In this document: positions 13,293-23,177 of the stretch, in pieces
Position numbering within the stretch: position 1 is the stretch's first letter
Layout: the number at the start of each line of letters is the position of its first letter
DNA from: Pseudomonadales bacterium
GTDB taxonomy: Bacteria > Pseudomonadota > Gammaproteobacteria > Pseudomonadales > Pseudohongiellaceae
Assembly: GCA_022827425.1 (NCBI GenBank)
Contig: JAJDSZ010000038.1
Span: 32,779-96,778 of the forward strand
DNA: 64,000 bases
Reading direction: 5' to 3'
Notes under the pieces: generated by a model
The model's input: the letters and a program-made list of their open reading frames with translations, nothing else
Database searches by the model: none
What the model was told of the DNA's origin: nothing
Position numbers and translations under genes: made by a program

Positions 13293-14138
13293 TTGCGGAT
13301 GGCCGCTGCAATGCGAACAGTCTTTCCCCCTGGCGCTTGGCGAAGCCTGGTTTTGACAAGTCTCGGCCTTGCCCAGCTTGTGGCCTGCAGCTCGTCTTCC
13401 CGGGCGCCGATTCGCGATCAGGGTCGGGAATTTCCGAATTCGGACCCGGAAATCGTCGGCAACAGCGGGCCCATCGAATTCCAGCCCGTGGTCGGCCCGG
13501 AATCCCCCTCGCCGCCGGGGACCTACCGGGTGCGGGAAGGCGACACCCTGTACGCCATCGCCTTCATGTACAGCATCGATTACCGGGAGCTTGCAGCGGC
13601 CAATGGACTGACGCCGCCGTACATGATTTATGTCGATCAGGAACTCGTATTGGGCGAGGGCAACCCAGCCGGGAACGGAGGCGCGCAGTCCGTCGCCGCA
13701 CCGATTTCCGTCTCACCCGGCCGCGGCGTCGAGCGCCAGCCCATCGCACGGGCGGATATCCCGGCTGACTCCGCGGGCGACGGCGGCTGGCAGTGGCCGC
13801 TCGCCGAGCGGGGCGGCGCCGAACATCGCCGGGACATCAACAACCGTCTCGATATCGAAGGCAGGGCGGGGGATGAAGTGCTTGCCGCGAGGGATGGTGA
13901 GGTTGTCTACGCCAGGCCTTTCGGCGATGACCAGGGCACCCTGCTCATCATCCGCCATGATGACCGCTATCTCAGCGCCTATACCCAGAGTGGGCGGGTG
14001 CTCGTGGATACCGGTGAGCGGGTTGCCGCGGGGCAGCCCATCGTGGAGCTTGCCGCCGCCGAGCCCGGCCCGCCCATGCTGTACTTCAATGTGCAACGCG
14101 ACGGAGCTTTCGTCGACCCCACCTCGCTGCTGCCGTGA
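13293..14138 (+). CDS. nlpD: LysM/M23 peptidase lipoprotein (NlpD-like)
   Basis: It has a lipobox (LAQLVAC), a LysM segment (YRVREGDTLYAIAFMYSIDYRELAAANGL) and a C-terminal M23 domain. It lies downstream of pcm. Confidence 0.85.
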   Translation: MRMAAAMRTVFPPGAWRSLVLTSLGLAQLVACSSSSRAPIRDQGREFPNSDPEIVGNSGPIEFQPVVGPESPSPPGTYRVREGDTLYAIAFMYSIDYRELAAANGLTPPYMIYVDQELVLGEGNPAGNGGAQSVAAPISVSPGRGVERQPIARADIPADSAGDGGWQWPLAERGGAEHRRDINNRLDIEGRAGDEVLAARDGEVVYARPFGDDQGTLLIIRHDDRYLSAYTQSGRVLVDTGERVAAGQPIVELAAAEPGPPMLYFNVQRDGAFVDPTSLLP

Positions 14139-14191
14139 TCCCCCAAAACCCCGGGACAAGATGCGGCGTCATGGGGCCAACGTGGCATCCA

Positions 14192-14265
14192 GGGAGCGTG
14201 GCGGTGGCTGAAAGGGGCCCGGCGCAAGCCGGGAAAGGATTCAGTTACCGACAGAAAGCGGCCGG
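14192..14265. repeat. Family-4 repeat copy 1
   Basis: About 90% identical over 74 nt to 32115-32188. It contains the hairpin cccggc-gcaa-gccggg. Confidence 0.7.
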
Positions 14266-14302
14266 AGCTGGTTTGGGTCCACGCAATATGAAAATTGCTG
14301 CT

Positions 14303-14626
14303 TCAGCGTTCCAGATGCTGCAGCTTGTCCTTTATGTCAGTCCATTCTTCCGCGTCGGGCAGGGGATCTTTCTTTTCGGTGATATTGGGCCACTGTTCCG
14401 CGAGTTCCGCGTTCAACTCAAGGAACTGGAGCTGGTCTTCGGGTAATTCATCTTCGGCGTAAATCGCATCCACCGGACATTCCGGCTCGCACAGGGCGCA
14501 GTCGATACACTCGTCCGGGTGAATCACCAGGAAATTGGGGCCTTCGTAGAAGCAGTCCACGGGACAGACTTCGACGCAATCGGTGTGTTTGCAGCGGATG
14601 CAATTGTCGCCTACAACAAATGTCAT
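14303..14626 (-). CDS. fdxA: 7Fe ferredoxin (FdxA type)
   Basis: 107 aa. The text [29 protein letters not shown]...[12 protein letters not shown] shows the cysteine pattern of Azotobacter-type ferredoxin I. It is adjacent to mutS, as in Pseudomonas. Confidence 0.93.
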   Translation of the reverse strand: MTFVVGDNCIRCKHTDCVEVCPVDCFYEGPNFLVIHPDECIDCALCEPECPVDAIYAEDELPEDQLQFLELNAELAEQWPNITEKKDPLPDAEEWTDIKDKLQHLER

Positions 14627-14630
14627 GGGT

Positions 14631-17297
14631 TCAGTTTCCTTGCTGTGTTTTTGTCAGTTTCGCCTTCAACTCGTAGAGGACGCCGAGAGCGTCCCGGGCG
14701 CTGACCGTATCCGGGTCCAGTTCCGCCAGCAGTTTGAACACCGGATTGGCGGCGTCCGCAGCCGGTGGACCCCCCTTGACGGGGGATTCTAATGCAGAAT
14801 GCCCGTCAACTGGAAGAGCCTCGCCGCCCCGGGACTCGAGTTCGCGCAGTTTGCCCCGGGCCCGATCGATGACCGGGGCGGGAATGCCGGCAAGCTGGGC
14901 CACTTGCAGGCCGTAGCTGCGGCTGGCGGCCCCCGGCTTTACCGAATGCAGCAGCACGATTCCCGTCTCGTGCTCGGCGGCGTCGAGATGCACATTGATA
15001 ATGCCGGGGTACTGCCCCTCCAGCACGGTCAGTTCAAAGTAATGGGTGGCGAACAGGGTGAATGCGCCAATGTGCTCGGTGATGTACACCGCCGCCGCCC
15101 AGGCCAGGGAAAGGCCATCGAAAGTGCTGGTGCCGCGGCCTATCTCATCCATCAGCACCAGGCTTTCCCCGGTGGCGTTATGCAGGATGTTCGCGGTTTC
15201 AATCATTTCCACCATGAAGGTGGAGCGCCCTCCGGCGAGATCGTCTGCGGAACCGATGCGGGTGAAGATGCGGTCAACGGGGCCGATTATGGCTTCCCTG
15301 GCGGGCACGCAACTGCCGCAGAGCGCAAGCAGCGCGATCAGGGCGGTTTGCCGCATGTAGGTGGACTTGCCGCCCATATTGGGCCCGGTAATGATGAGCA
15401 TCCTGCTGTCCGCATCCATGAACAGGTCGTTGGCGACGAATTCCGTCTCCGCCGCCTGTTCCACCACGGGATGGCGGCCGCCGCAAATCTCAATGCCGGG
15501 CGCGTCGCGCAAGAGGGGACGGCTGTATTCCAGGCTCGTGGCGCGCTCGGCGAAATTGTTGAGCACATCGAGTTCCGCCAGGGCGCCAGCGCAGGCGAGC
15601 AGGGCAGGCAGGTCTTCCGCGAGTTTGTCGAGCAGTGCGTCGTAGAGTTCCCTCTCCCGGGCGAGGGCCTTGCTGCGGGCGCTGAGAACCTGATCCTCGA
15701 ATTCCTTCAACTCCGGCGTGATGAAGCGTTCGGCGTTTTTCAGGGTCTGCCGACGCATGTATTCCGCCGGCAGTTCCGCGGCGGACTGGACCTTGCTGAT
15801 TTCGATGTAGTGGCCATGGACCCGGTTATAGCCTACTTTCAGGGTATTGAGGCCGGTTCGCCGCCTTTCGCGCTGTTCCAGTTCCACCAGAAACTCGCCG
15901 GCGTTGCTGCTCAGCTTGCGCAGGCGGTCGAGTTCGGAGTCGTAACCCGGGGCGATCACGCCGCCTTCCCGGATGACCTGGGCCGGCTCTTCCCGCACGG
16001 CGCGGCTCAGCAATTCCGCCTGGGCGGGAAACTCGCCGATGCTCCGCGCCAGTTTTTGCACATGGGCGGCATTGAGAGACGCAAGTTGCGCCTGGAGCGC
16101 GGGCAGGCTTTCCAGGGCGGTTTGCAGCCGCGTCAGATCCCGGGGCCGGGCCGAGCGCAGGCCGATTCGCGCGAGAATCCGCTCTATGTCCCCGACTTCC
16201 GCCAGCAGTTTGCCCAGGGCTTCGAATTGGTAGTTCTCCCGCAGCGTGCTTACCGTGTCCTGCCGCTTGCGCAGTTCATCCCGGTTGCGCAACGGGCGGC
16301 TGACCCAGCGGGCGAGCAGCCGGGAGCCCATGGGTGTGGCGCAGCGGTCGATAACCGACAACAGGGTGTGGGTTCTGCCGCCGGCAAGATTGACGTCGAT
16401 TTCCAGATTGCGGCGGCTGACGGCGTCCAGCATGACGCTGTCCCCCTGCCGCTCTACCCGCAGACCCCGGATATGGGGCAAATCCCCGCGCTGGGTGTCC
16501 CGCAGATACCGCAGCAGGCAGCCCGCTGCGCATAAGGCGGCTTCCATGTCTTGGCAATCAAAGGCCGACAGGTCGCGGACACCGAACTGGCGGCTGAGTT
16601 CGCGCACCGCGCCTTCGTATTCGAATTCCCAGTCCGGCCGGGGGCGCGTGGCCGGGTGTCCCAGGGATTCATTCAGCCCCGCCAGGGTTTCCGGCAGCAG
16701 GATTTCGGCCGGGCGCAGGCGTTCCAGTTCATTGGCCAGGGCTTCCCGGCCCCGGGCTTCCGACAGCACGAAGCGGCCGCTGCTGACATCAATGCCGGCG
16801 AGGCCATAGGTATCGCCGCCGCCGCTCAGGGCGAGCAGGGTATTGTCCCGCCGCGCATCGAGCAGGGCCTCATCGCTGATGGTTCCCGGAGTGATGATTC
16901 GCACCACCTCGCGCCGCACCGGGCCCTTGCTTGCCGCCGGGTCGCCGAGCTGTTCGCAGATCGCCACGGATTTGCCCGCCTCCACAAGCCGGGCGAGATG
17001 GCGGTCCACCGAGTGGTAGGGAATGCCGCACATGGGAATCGGCGCTCCGGCGGATTCGCCCCGGGTGGTGAGGGTAATGTCGAGCAGTTGGGCCGCCTCG
17101 CCGGCGTCGCCGTAAAACAGCTCGTAGAAATCCCCCATGCGGTAGAACAGCAGGCTGCCGGGGTGCCGGGCCTTGATGCGCAGATACTGCCGCATCATGG
17201 GAGTATGCGCGGCGGCGGTGAATTCTTCGCTGCTGTCGAGCCCCAGGCTCAACTGGGCTGGCGTGGCGCGATCAGGCGGCGAGGCGCTGTCAGGCAT
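14631..17297 (-). CDS. mutS: DNA mismatch repair protein MutS
   Basis: It has [13 protein letters not shown] near the N-terminus and the Walker A motif [14 protein letters not shown] chose the ATG at 17297 because the ORF extension to 17489 is repeat sequence. Confidence 0.95.
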   Translation of the reverse strand: MPDSASPPDRATPAQLSLGLDSSEEFTAAAHTPMMRQYLRIKARHPGSLLFYRMGDFYELFYGDAGEAAQLLDITLTTRGESAGAPIPMCGIPYHSVDRHLARLVEAGKSVAICEQLGDPAASKGPVRREVVRIITPGTISDEALLDARRDNTLLALSGGGDTYGLAGIDVSSGRFVLSEARGREALANELERLRPAEILLPETLAGLNESLGHPATRPRPDWEFEYEGAVRELSRQFGVRDLSAFDCQDMEAALCAAGCLLRYLRDTQRGDLPHIRGLRVERQGDSVMLDAVSRRNLEIDVNLAGGRTHTLLSVIDRCATPMGSRLLARWVSRPLRNRDELRKRQDTVSTLRENYQFEALGKLLAEVGDIERILARIGLRSARPRDLTRLQTALESLPALQAQLASLNAAHVQKLARSIGEFPAQAELLSRAVREEPAQVIREGGVIAPGYDSELDRLRKLSSNAGEFLVELEQRERRRTGLNTLKVGYNRVHGHYIEISKVQSAAELPAEYMRRQTLKNAERFITPELKEFEDQVLSARSKALARERELYDALLDKLAEDLPALLACAGALAELDVLNNFAERATSLEYSRPLLRDAPGIEICGGRHPVVEQAAETEFVANDLFMDADSRMLIITGPNMGGKSTYMRQTALIALLALCGSCVPAREAIIGPVDRIFTRIGSADDLAGGRSTFMVEMIETANILHNATGESLVLMDEIGRGTSTFDGLSLAWAAAVYITEHIGAFTLFATHYFELTVLEGQYPGIINVHLDAAEHETGIVLLHSVKPGAASRSYGLQVAQLAGIPAPVIDRARGKLRELESRGGEALPVDGHSALESPVKGGPPAADAANPVFKLLAELDPDTVSARDALGVLYELKAKLTKTQQGN

Positions 17298-17354
17298 CTG
17301 GCGGAAAAATCCCCGTTGCCGGTTTCCGAACGGACTCCGACCACTTTTCTGCCG

Positions 17355-17490
17355 CCGGTCAGGTTCGGCGGCGTTCAGTCTGCGCACGAAGCTGCGCTTC
17401 GTAAACGCTTGTCCCCAGTCTGGCCCCCGGCACAGCCGGCGGCGTTCGGCCCGCGCACGAAACTGCGCTTCGTAAACGCTTGTCCTCACT
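17355..17490. repeat. Tandem duplication (period about 71 bp, 2 copies) of the family-2 internal module
   Basis: ggcggcgttc..gcgcacgaaNctgcgcttcgtaaacgcttgtcc occurs at 17367 and again at 17438. It is related to 24060-24110 and 54440-54490. Confidence 0.65.
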
Positions 17491-17516
17491 CATCGGTGAG
17501 GGAGCGTGTTTCCGGC

Positions 17517-17723
17517 TTACTGGATTGGCTCGTCGTCGTCCAGGTAGTCGCAGCCGTACTCCATTTCGATGCGCTTGCTGTCGAGCCTTTCCTCGTAACG
17601 GCGGCGCAGTTCCAGGATATGCACCTTTTCCCGGGCCGCCTTGCCGGTGTTCGCCGCCGGCGCCCTGGCGGCGGCATCGGCGAGATCCAGGCTGTCGTTT
17701 TCTTCCCATTCCGGAGTTTGCAT
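17517..17723 (-). CDS. Small acidic protein (68 aa), possibly from the family of small conserved proteins with an RRR.E.RL....E.. motif
   Basis: Compact ORF with an acidic N-terminus and LELRRRYEERLDSKRIEMEY followed by an acidic tail. The family assignment is from memory only. Confidence 0.5.
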   Translation of the reverse strand: MQTPEWEENDSLDLADAAARAPAANTGKAAREKVHILELRRRYEERLDSKRIEMEYGCDYLDDDEPIQ

Positions 17724-17815
17724 GACCAGTCCCCCACATTCGTCAGAATCACTCCTTCATCCCCCTATATCGTGTCTTCCGCGAAAAAGTTCAATAGTCT
17801 TCCTTCCCGCAACCA

Positions 17816-19534
17816 TCAGTTCCCCTGACTGGCGCGCCGGCGAAGTTGGCGTTTGGCTATTTTGCCGGTGCCGGTGCGGGGTAGCTGTTCGTACTGGCAG
17901 GATATCCTGCGGGGGATCTTGAACGCCGCGAGCCGCTCGGACAAAAAAGAGGCAAGCTCTTCCGAATCGAGCTGCCTGCCCGGCTTGAGCATGATGCTGG
18001 CGGCTGGCACTTCGCCGAGGCGATCATCGGGAATGCCGTATACCGAAACTTCATTCACCGCGGGATGTTCGCTGATGGCGTATTCGACTTCCATGCAGGC
18101 GATGTTTTCGCCGCCGCGGATGACGATATCCTTGGCGCGGTCGAGTATGACCAGAAATCCCAATGGGTCGAGCTTGCCGATATCGCCGGTGCGGAACCAG
18201 CCATCCTGCAGCACTTCCGCGGTGGCTTCAGGCTGCCGCCAGTAGCCTTTCATCACCGTGGGGCCCCTGATGCAGATTTCGCCGATCTCTCCCGCGCCGA
18301 GTTCCCGGCCGTCTTCGTCCACAATGCGGAGATCGGTGACCGGCGGGGTCGGGCGCCCGGTGCTGTGGGGCCTTGAAGCATAGAACTTGTGGCTGATGAC
18401 CGCGCCGATGGCATTGGTTTCCGTAAGCCCGTAGCCCAGGCCGGGAATCGCCGCAGGCGGGAATTTTTCCAGCATTAGCGCCAGATGCTCGGGCGGCCGC
18501 GGCGCGCCGCCGCTTTGCACGGCGCGCAGGCTGCCGAGGTCGGCGGCGGCAAAATGGGGCGACTGCATGATTTCCCAAGTCATGGTGGGGACACCGTGAA
18601 AAAACGAGATGCGCTCCCGCTCGATCAATTCCAGGGCGGCTTCCGGGTCCCACTTGCGCATCATCACGAACTTGCGCTGCGGGGCGAGGAAGCTGATCAG
18701 GAACTGGGCATGGCTGCCGGTCACGTGGAACAGGGGCACATTGGCGAGAATGGCGGGCTGCCGGGGTGGGTCTTCTTCCACGAGTTCGGGATAGACCCGT
18801 TCATTGACCTTGCGCACGAAGGCCCAGGTGAACAGGGCGTTGATGACGGCGCGGTGGCTGGAAAGCACGCCCTTGGGATTGCCGGTGGAGCCCGAGGTGT
18901 ACATCAGCGTTGCGTCGTCTTCGGCTGCCACGCCGCAATCGCGCAATTCGGCATCGCTCAGGGGTTCGCAGGCGGCAAGCAGGCTGTAAACCTCGGGCAG
19001 GTCACCGGCGGTTTCCGGTTTGATGGCCACCACTGCAAGTTCGCCGGCCTTGTCGCCGAGCAGCCGGAGCCGGGGCGAATCGACGAAGATCAGCCTGCTG
19101 CCGCTGTCGGCCACCATGTATTCGAGTTCCCTTGCCGTGGACCAGGAATTGAGCGGCGCGGCAATCGCGCCAATCATGGTGGCGGCCATGTAGGCCAAAC
19201 ACCACTCCGGAGAATTGCGCGCGCAAATGGCCACCCGGTCGCCTTTGCGCACCTGGTATTTTTCCCGCAGCGCCCGGGCGAGCCGGCGCGCCATGGCGAT
19301 GGTTTCGGCGAAGCTGAAGCGCTCATCGAGATAGACGAGAAAAGTGTCTTCGGCAGCCGCCGTGCCGAGGTCGTACCACTCGCCGAGATTGACCGGAGCC
19401 TTGCTGAAAACCCGGTATTCCCGGTCGCCGATCATCGTTGTGGTGATGGCGAACCGGGAGTCGGCGGCGAGTAACTCCCCTGCCGCGGCTTTCAGTTTTT
19501 CCAGGTCGGCCCCGATCTCCCGATCCGTCAGCAT
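17816..19534 (-). CDS. AMP-dependent acyl-CoA synthetase/ligase (long-chain fatty-acid-CoA ligase-like)
   Basis: AMP-binding motif MYTSGSTGNPKGV, and a C-terminal GKI.KR.L. Confidence 0.9.
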   Translation of the reverse strand: MLTDREIGADLEKLKAAAGELLAADSRFAITTTMIGDREYRVFSKAPVNLGEWYDLGTAAAEDTFLVYLDERFSFAETIAMARRLARALREKYQVRKGDRVAICARNSPEWCLAYMAATMIGAIAAPLNSWSTARELEYMVADSGSRLIFVDSPRLRLLGDKAGELAVVAIKPETAGDLPEVYSLLAACEPLSDAELRDCGVAAEDDATLMYTSGSTGNPKGVLSSHRAVINALFTWAFVRKVNERVYPELVEEDPPRQPAILANVPLFHVTGSHAQFLISFLAPQRKFVMMRKWDPEAALELIERERISFFHGVPTMTWEIMQSPHFAAADLGSLRAVQSGGAPRPPEHLALMLEKFPPAAIPGLGYGLTETNAIGAVISHKFYASRPHSTGRPTPPVTDLRIVDEDGRELGAGEIGEICIRGPTVMKGYWRQPEATAEVLQDGWFRTGDIGKLDPLGFLVILDRAKDIVIRGGENIACMEVEYAISEHPAVNEVSVYGIPDDRLGEVPAASIMLKPGRQLDSEELASFLSERLAAFKIPRRISCQYEQLPRTGTGKIAKRQLRRRASQGN

Positions 19535-19540
19535 GGTGAA

Positions 19541-20524
19541 TCACCCGGTTTTCATTTCCAGCACGACCTTGCCCAGAGCGCGGCGCTCGGTGAATACATT
19601 GAACGCCGCGGCATATTCCCTGAGCGGAAATGTCCGGGTGATGAGCGGTTTGATCTTTTCCGACTGGTACAGGTCGAGCAATTCCAGAAAATTCTGTTCG
19701 TAGGCGGCAGGTTCCTGCTTGCGGAAACGGCCCAGGAAAACGCCCACCATGGAGGATCCCTTGAGCAGGGCGAGGTTGGCCTTGCAGGCGGGAATCCGGC
19801 CGCTGGTGAAGCCGATCACGAGCAGGCGGCCATTCCAGTTGATGCAGCGGCAGCACTGGTCGAACAAGTCGCCTCCCACCGGATCGTAAATCACGTCGGC
19901 GCCGGCGCCGCCGGTGAGTTCTTTTACTTTTTCCTTGAGTTCACCGTCGCTGTAATCCACGAGTTCATCGGCGCCGAGTTTTTTGGCGAAGGCGAGTTTT
20001 TCCGCCGAACCGGCTGCGGCGATCACCCGGGCGCCCATGATCTTGCCGAGCTCCACCGCTGCCATGCCCACGCCACCGCCGGCGCCAAGCACGAGCAGGG
20101 TTTCGCCGGCCTGCAGTTGGCCGCGCTGCTTGAGGGCGTAGTAGGACGTGGTGTAGACCATGGGGAAGGCGGCGGCGGTGGGGAAGTCCATGTTGTTGGG
20201 AATCCTGCGAATACTGGCGGCCGGCGCCATGACGAATTCGGCAAATGCCCCGAGCCCCGGAGCCGCCATGACCCGGTCGCCTTCCTTGATGTCTTCAACG
20301 CCGGGTCCGGTGGCGCGAACAATGCCGGCGGCTTCGGAACCGGGTATGAAAGGCATATCGGGCTGGAACTGGTACTTGCCGCGAATCTGCAGGCCATCGG
20401 GGAAATTCAGCGAAGCGGCGTGAATCTCGATCAGGGCTTCATTCTGTCCCGGGGTGGGGGTTTCGATTTCGTCGAGGCTGAGGTTTTCCGGCGGCCCATG
20501 GGAGTGGCAGCGAACAGCAAGCAT
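19541..20524 (-). CDS. NADPH:quinone oxidoreductase / zinc-type alcohol dehydrogenase family
   Basis: MDR-family layout with the Rossmann motif VLGAGGGVGMAAVELGK. Confidence 0.88.
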   Translation of the reverse strand: MLAVRCHSHGPPENLSLDEIETPTPGQNEALIEIHAASLNFPDGLQIRGKYQFQPDMPFIPGSEAAGIVRATGPGVEDIKEGDRVMAAPGLGAFAEFVMAPAASIRRIPNNMDFPTAAAFPMVYTTSYYALKQRGQLQAGETLLVLGAGGGVGMAAVELGKIMGARVIAAAGSAEKLAFAKKLGADELVDYSDGELKEKVKELTGGAGADVIYDPVGGDLFDQCCRCINWNGRLLVIGFTSGRIPACKANLALLKGSSMVGVFLGRFRKQEPAAYEQNFLELLDLYQSEKIKPLITRTFPLREYAAAFNVFTERRALGKVVLEMKTG

Positions 20525-20753
20525 GGAGGCATTCCGGCAAAAATTCGTGCGGATTCAAGCATGAATGTCACAGCACTGCAATCTTCAAAACAGGACACCC
20601 ATACCGGGGGCGGCCAAGCTCCAAAATGGAATCCTTGAGCCAAAGGCATTGGGGTTTCCGAATCTGGTAGGATGGATGTCCTTTGCGACTTTGCGAGCCT
20701 TTGTGAGACTGGATGGGTTTCCATCGCGCACATCGCGCAGGGAGCAGGCGGCA

Positions 20754-21437
20754 GTGATTGAAAGTTTCGTCGAAAATCGGCGCCGGCGGTATCTTGCCCG
20801 GATGGGGCTGAAGCCGTATTACGCTCGGAAAGTGCTGGAAAATGCGGGGCCTTCGCCGGTAATTGCGCGGGCGGAAGAGGAGCTCAGATCAGCATCGGCG
20901 AGCTCCGGGGCCGCGGTTGAGGTTTCTCCCAGGCAGGACCCAGTTGCCGCGCCGGCCGCCTTGACCGAGCCGAATCCCGAGCTGGCGGTGGGCGGCACCA
21001 AGCTTCACTATCGATGTATCGACTCCTCACTGGCAGTCTTGACCCAGGATCACTGGCAAGGGGAGGGAGGCGCCGGCTGTGCTGCATTGCTGCAGAACAT
21101 CTGCAAGGCCCTGGGCAAGGAATTTGACTCTGAAGCTGCTGCGGAAACCGCAATTTGCGCCCTCCCCGCAGATTGCGCGCAAGCTTCGGCGGCCTCCCTG
21201 GATCAACTTTGCCGCCGTGATGGGTGTTCCAATCTGCTGGTGTTCGCCCATAACGGCGCGGAGTTGTTCCCCGGGGTCTCCCCCGCCGGGGCGGAGTTTG
21301 TCCGGCATATCGGCGGTGTTGACATTCGGGTAACGCTGACCCGCGGTTTACGGGAGATGCTGGCCTTTCCCGACCTCAAGAAGTACTGCTGGAAAGACCT
21401 GCAGCCTTTGCGGCGCAGGCTGCCAGGGAAGCCCTGA
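20754..21437 (+). CDS. Hypothetical protein, possibly a long-form DNA polymerase III psi (HolD)-like protein
   Basis: The GTG at 20754 follows GGAG by 9 nt. The N-terminus ...NRRRRYLARMGLKPYYARK resembles the psi N-terminal RR..L..LGI..W motif. The longest ORF begins at 20565. The last codons lie in a family-2 hairpin. Confidence 0.4.
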   Translation: MIESFVENRRRRYLARMGLKPYYARKVLENAGPSPVIARAEEELRSASASSGAAVEVSPRQDPVAAPAALTEPNPELAVGGTKLHYRCIDSSLAVLTQDHWQGEGGAGCAALLQNICKALGKEFDSEAAAETAICALPADCAQASAASLDQLCRRDGCSNLLVFAHNGAELFPGVSPAGAEFVRHIGGVDIRVTLTRGLREMLAFPDLKKYCWKDLQPLRRRLPGKP

Positions 21438-21548
21438 TTAAGTCAGAGCTTCCCTGCGGCACATGGAATTGCCGATGAATTCGATGGCGCAAGCCATTGA
21501 ATTCGCCAGCAAAACAAAACCACGCGTTTGTTTTTCAGAGCACACTAG
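21420..21548. repeat. Family-2 repeat, internally deleted short copy
   Basis: Its reverse complement aligns with both ends of 23942-24176 but lacks about 105 bp of interior. It keeps the terminal hairpin ccagggaagccctga-ttaag-tcagagcttccctg and the end cacactag. Confidence 0.65.
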
Positions 21549-21775
21549 ATCAGGCGCCGCAGGGCTGCGATTAGCAGCTTCACCAGCGCTACCGCGCAAA
21601 ATGCGGCCAGGGCAAGCCCGCCGAGCATGGCGAGTATCGCCGCCAGCATTCGCAGCAGTTCCCTGGCCTCGATGTCCTGCCACAGGGAAAGCCCCCAAAG
21701 GCTGCCAGCGCCTATGGCAATGCCCGCCAGAGCCGCCGAGGTCTTCTTGTTGAGCTTGAGCAGGGAAAAGATCAT
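21545..21775 (-). CDS. Small predicted membrane protein (76 aa)
   Basis: It has two hydrophobic segments. Its ATG overlaps the hisC stop in an ATGA arrangement. Its stop TAG lies in the CTAG end of the repeat. Confidence 0.5.
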   Translation of the reverse strand: MIFSLLKLNKKTSAALAGIAIGAGSLWGLSLWQDIEARELLRMLAAILAMLGGLALAAFCAVALVKLLIAALRRLI

Positions 21776-22845
21776 GCGAGGATGTCACGCAGCCTGTCGA
21801 TCAGGATAGCGTTGTCGGTTTCGCTGCCGACGCTGATCCGCAGGCGGTTTTCGAGACGGGGCTCAGCGAAATGACGCACCAGTATGCCGCAATCGCGCAG
21901 CGCCCGCCGCAAGTTGGCCGCGCCAATGCCTGCGGGAATCGTTGCCAGCAGAAAATTGGTCTGGCTGGGCAGGGTTTCGATGCCGAGCCCGGCAAGTTCG
22001 GTGCGCAGCCAGTTGCGGGACTGGCGCACCCGCTGCCAACCCAGGGCGGCCTCCTCCCGGGCTTCCAGCGCCGCCCGGGCCAGCCTTTGGGGAATCAGTC
22101 CGGTGTTGTAGCTGTCCCGGGTCTTGACCGCCATGGGCTGAATCAGGGCGGGGGAGCCGATCCCGTAGCCAAAACGCAGCCCGGCCAGGGAGTATCCCTT
22201 GCTGAGGGTTCGCAGCAGAATCACATTTTCAAACTCCCTCGCCAGCGGCAGCGAATCATGGCCGCATTCCGGATCAACAAAATCCACATATGCTTCGTCG
22301 AGCATCAGGATTCCGTCAAAATTCTCAGCCAGTTCCCTCAGGTATGGCACGGTCAATAGTCCGCCGGTTGGCGCGTGGGGATTGACCAGAATCAGCGTCT
22401 TGGCCGACACTGCATGCAGCTTTTCCGACATGTTTCCCGGCATGCTCCAGTCTTCGTTGAGCGGAATCTCGCACAGGCGGCAGTCTGCGATGCTTGCCAG
22501 CACGGGATACAGCGAATAGCTTGGCTGCATGATCGCTAGGGTGTCGCGAGGATCGACAAAGGTCGTCAACAGCAGTCGCAGAAGTTCGTCACCGCCGTTG
22601 ACGGGCAGGATGTTTTCCGGAGCGACGCCGTGCAACAGGCCCGCCACGGTGCGAAATTCATCGGCGAGGGGAGGGGGGTAGCGGCGCAATTCGGCGCTGT
22701 CCAGGGAGCCAAGGGCGGCATCCACCGCTGCCGCGGGAGGATAGGGATTCTCATTGGTGTTCAGCTTGATCATCTCCGGCGAGTCAGGCTGCTCGCCGGG
22801 CGTGTAGCCCTGCATCCGGGCGATATGGGGCCTTTCGAATGACAT
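21772..22845 (-). CDS. hisC: Histidinol-phosphate aminotransferase
   Basis: Class-II aminotransferase text with the PLP lysine region LRTLSKGYSLAGLRFGY. The ATG at 22845 is preceded by GGGGA. Confidence 0.9.
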   Translation of the reverse strand: MSFERPHIARMQGYTPGEQPDSPEMIKLNTNENPYPPAAAVDAALGSLDSAELRRYPPPLADEFRTVAGLLHGVAPENILPVNGGDELLRLLLTTFVDPRDTLAIMQPSYSLYPVLASIADCRLCEIPLNEDWSMPGNMSEKLHAVSAKTLILVNPHAPTGGLLTVPYLRELAENFDGILMLDEAYVDFVDPECGHDSLPLAREFENVILLRTLSKGYSLAGLRFGYGIGSPALIQPMAVKTRDSYNTGLIPQRLARAALEAREEAALGWQRVRQSRNWLRTELAGLGIETLPSQTNFLLATIPAGIGAANLRRALRDCGILVRHFAEPRLENRLRISVGSETDNAILIDRLRDILA

Positions 22846-22987
22846 GTGCTTTTCCCCGGAAGCCACGCGCTGTCGTTATTTCCCGCAAAACGATCTGGAA
22901 CGATCAGTTTTTTGTCGCCAGAAAAATCCAGTAAAAACAGTAAGCAACAACTTCACGCACTCAGCAAGTTGGCTTATAGTCTGATAT

Positions 22988-22996
22988 TTATGCACA
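22988..22996 (+). promoter_or_regulatory. DnaA-box-like 9-mer TTATGCACA (1 mismatch to TTATCCACA)
   Basis: Direct read of the sequence. Confidence 0.3.
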
Positions 22997-23177
22997 AAAA
23001 TGACCTTCCCGTAACAAAACTCTAACAATTGCAGGGTAATTTTTTGCCTATTGTAGTTCATGGTGTCTAAATTATTGATTTATAACAAGTTAGCACATTG
23101 GTCAAAATTTGAACAATTTGGTCCAAACTCCCATCATTGCTGCGATTGCGGTCGCAGCCCGAAAACTGTTCACCAAG

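Noticed and set aside
14139-14302. An RsmZ-like sRNA in the position it occupies in Pseudomonas (upstream of fdxA)
   Set aside because: The interval is mostly a copy of the family-4 repeat that also occurs at 32115-32188. GGA motifs are present, but I could not place them in a series of hairpin loops, and I saw no terminator. I cannot support it from sequence alone.
14799-17828. Two long plus-strand ORFs (578 aa and 425 aa)
   Set aside because: They are antisense to mutS, which carries unambiguous MutS motifs. They are shadow ORFs.
23040-23100. A possible dif (XerC/D) site in the AT-rich stretch
   Set aside because: There is no match to the conserved CATAA-N6-TTATG core arms. The flanking gene polarity is divergent (origin-like), not convergent (terminus-like).
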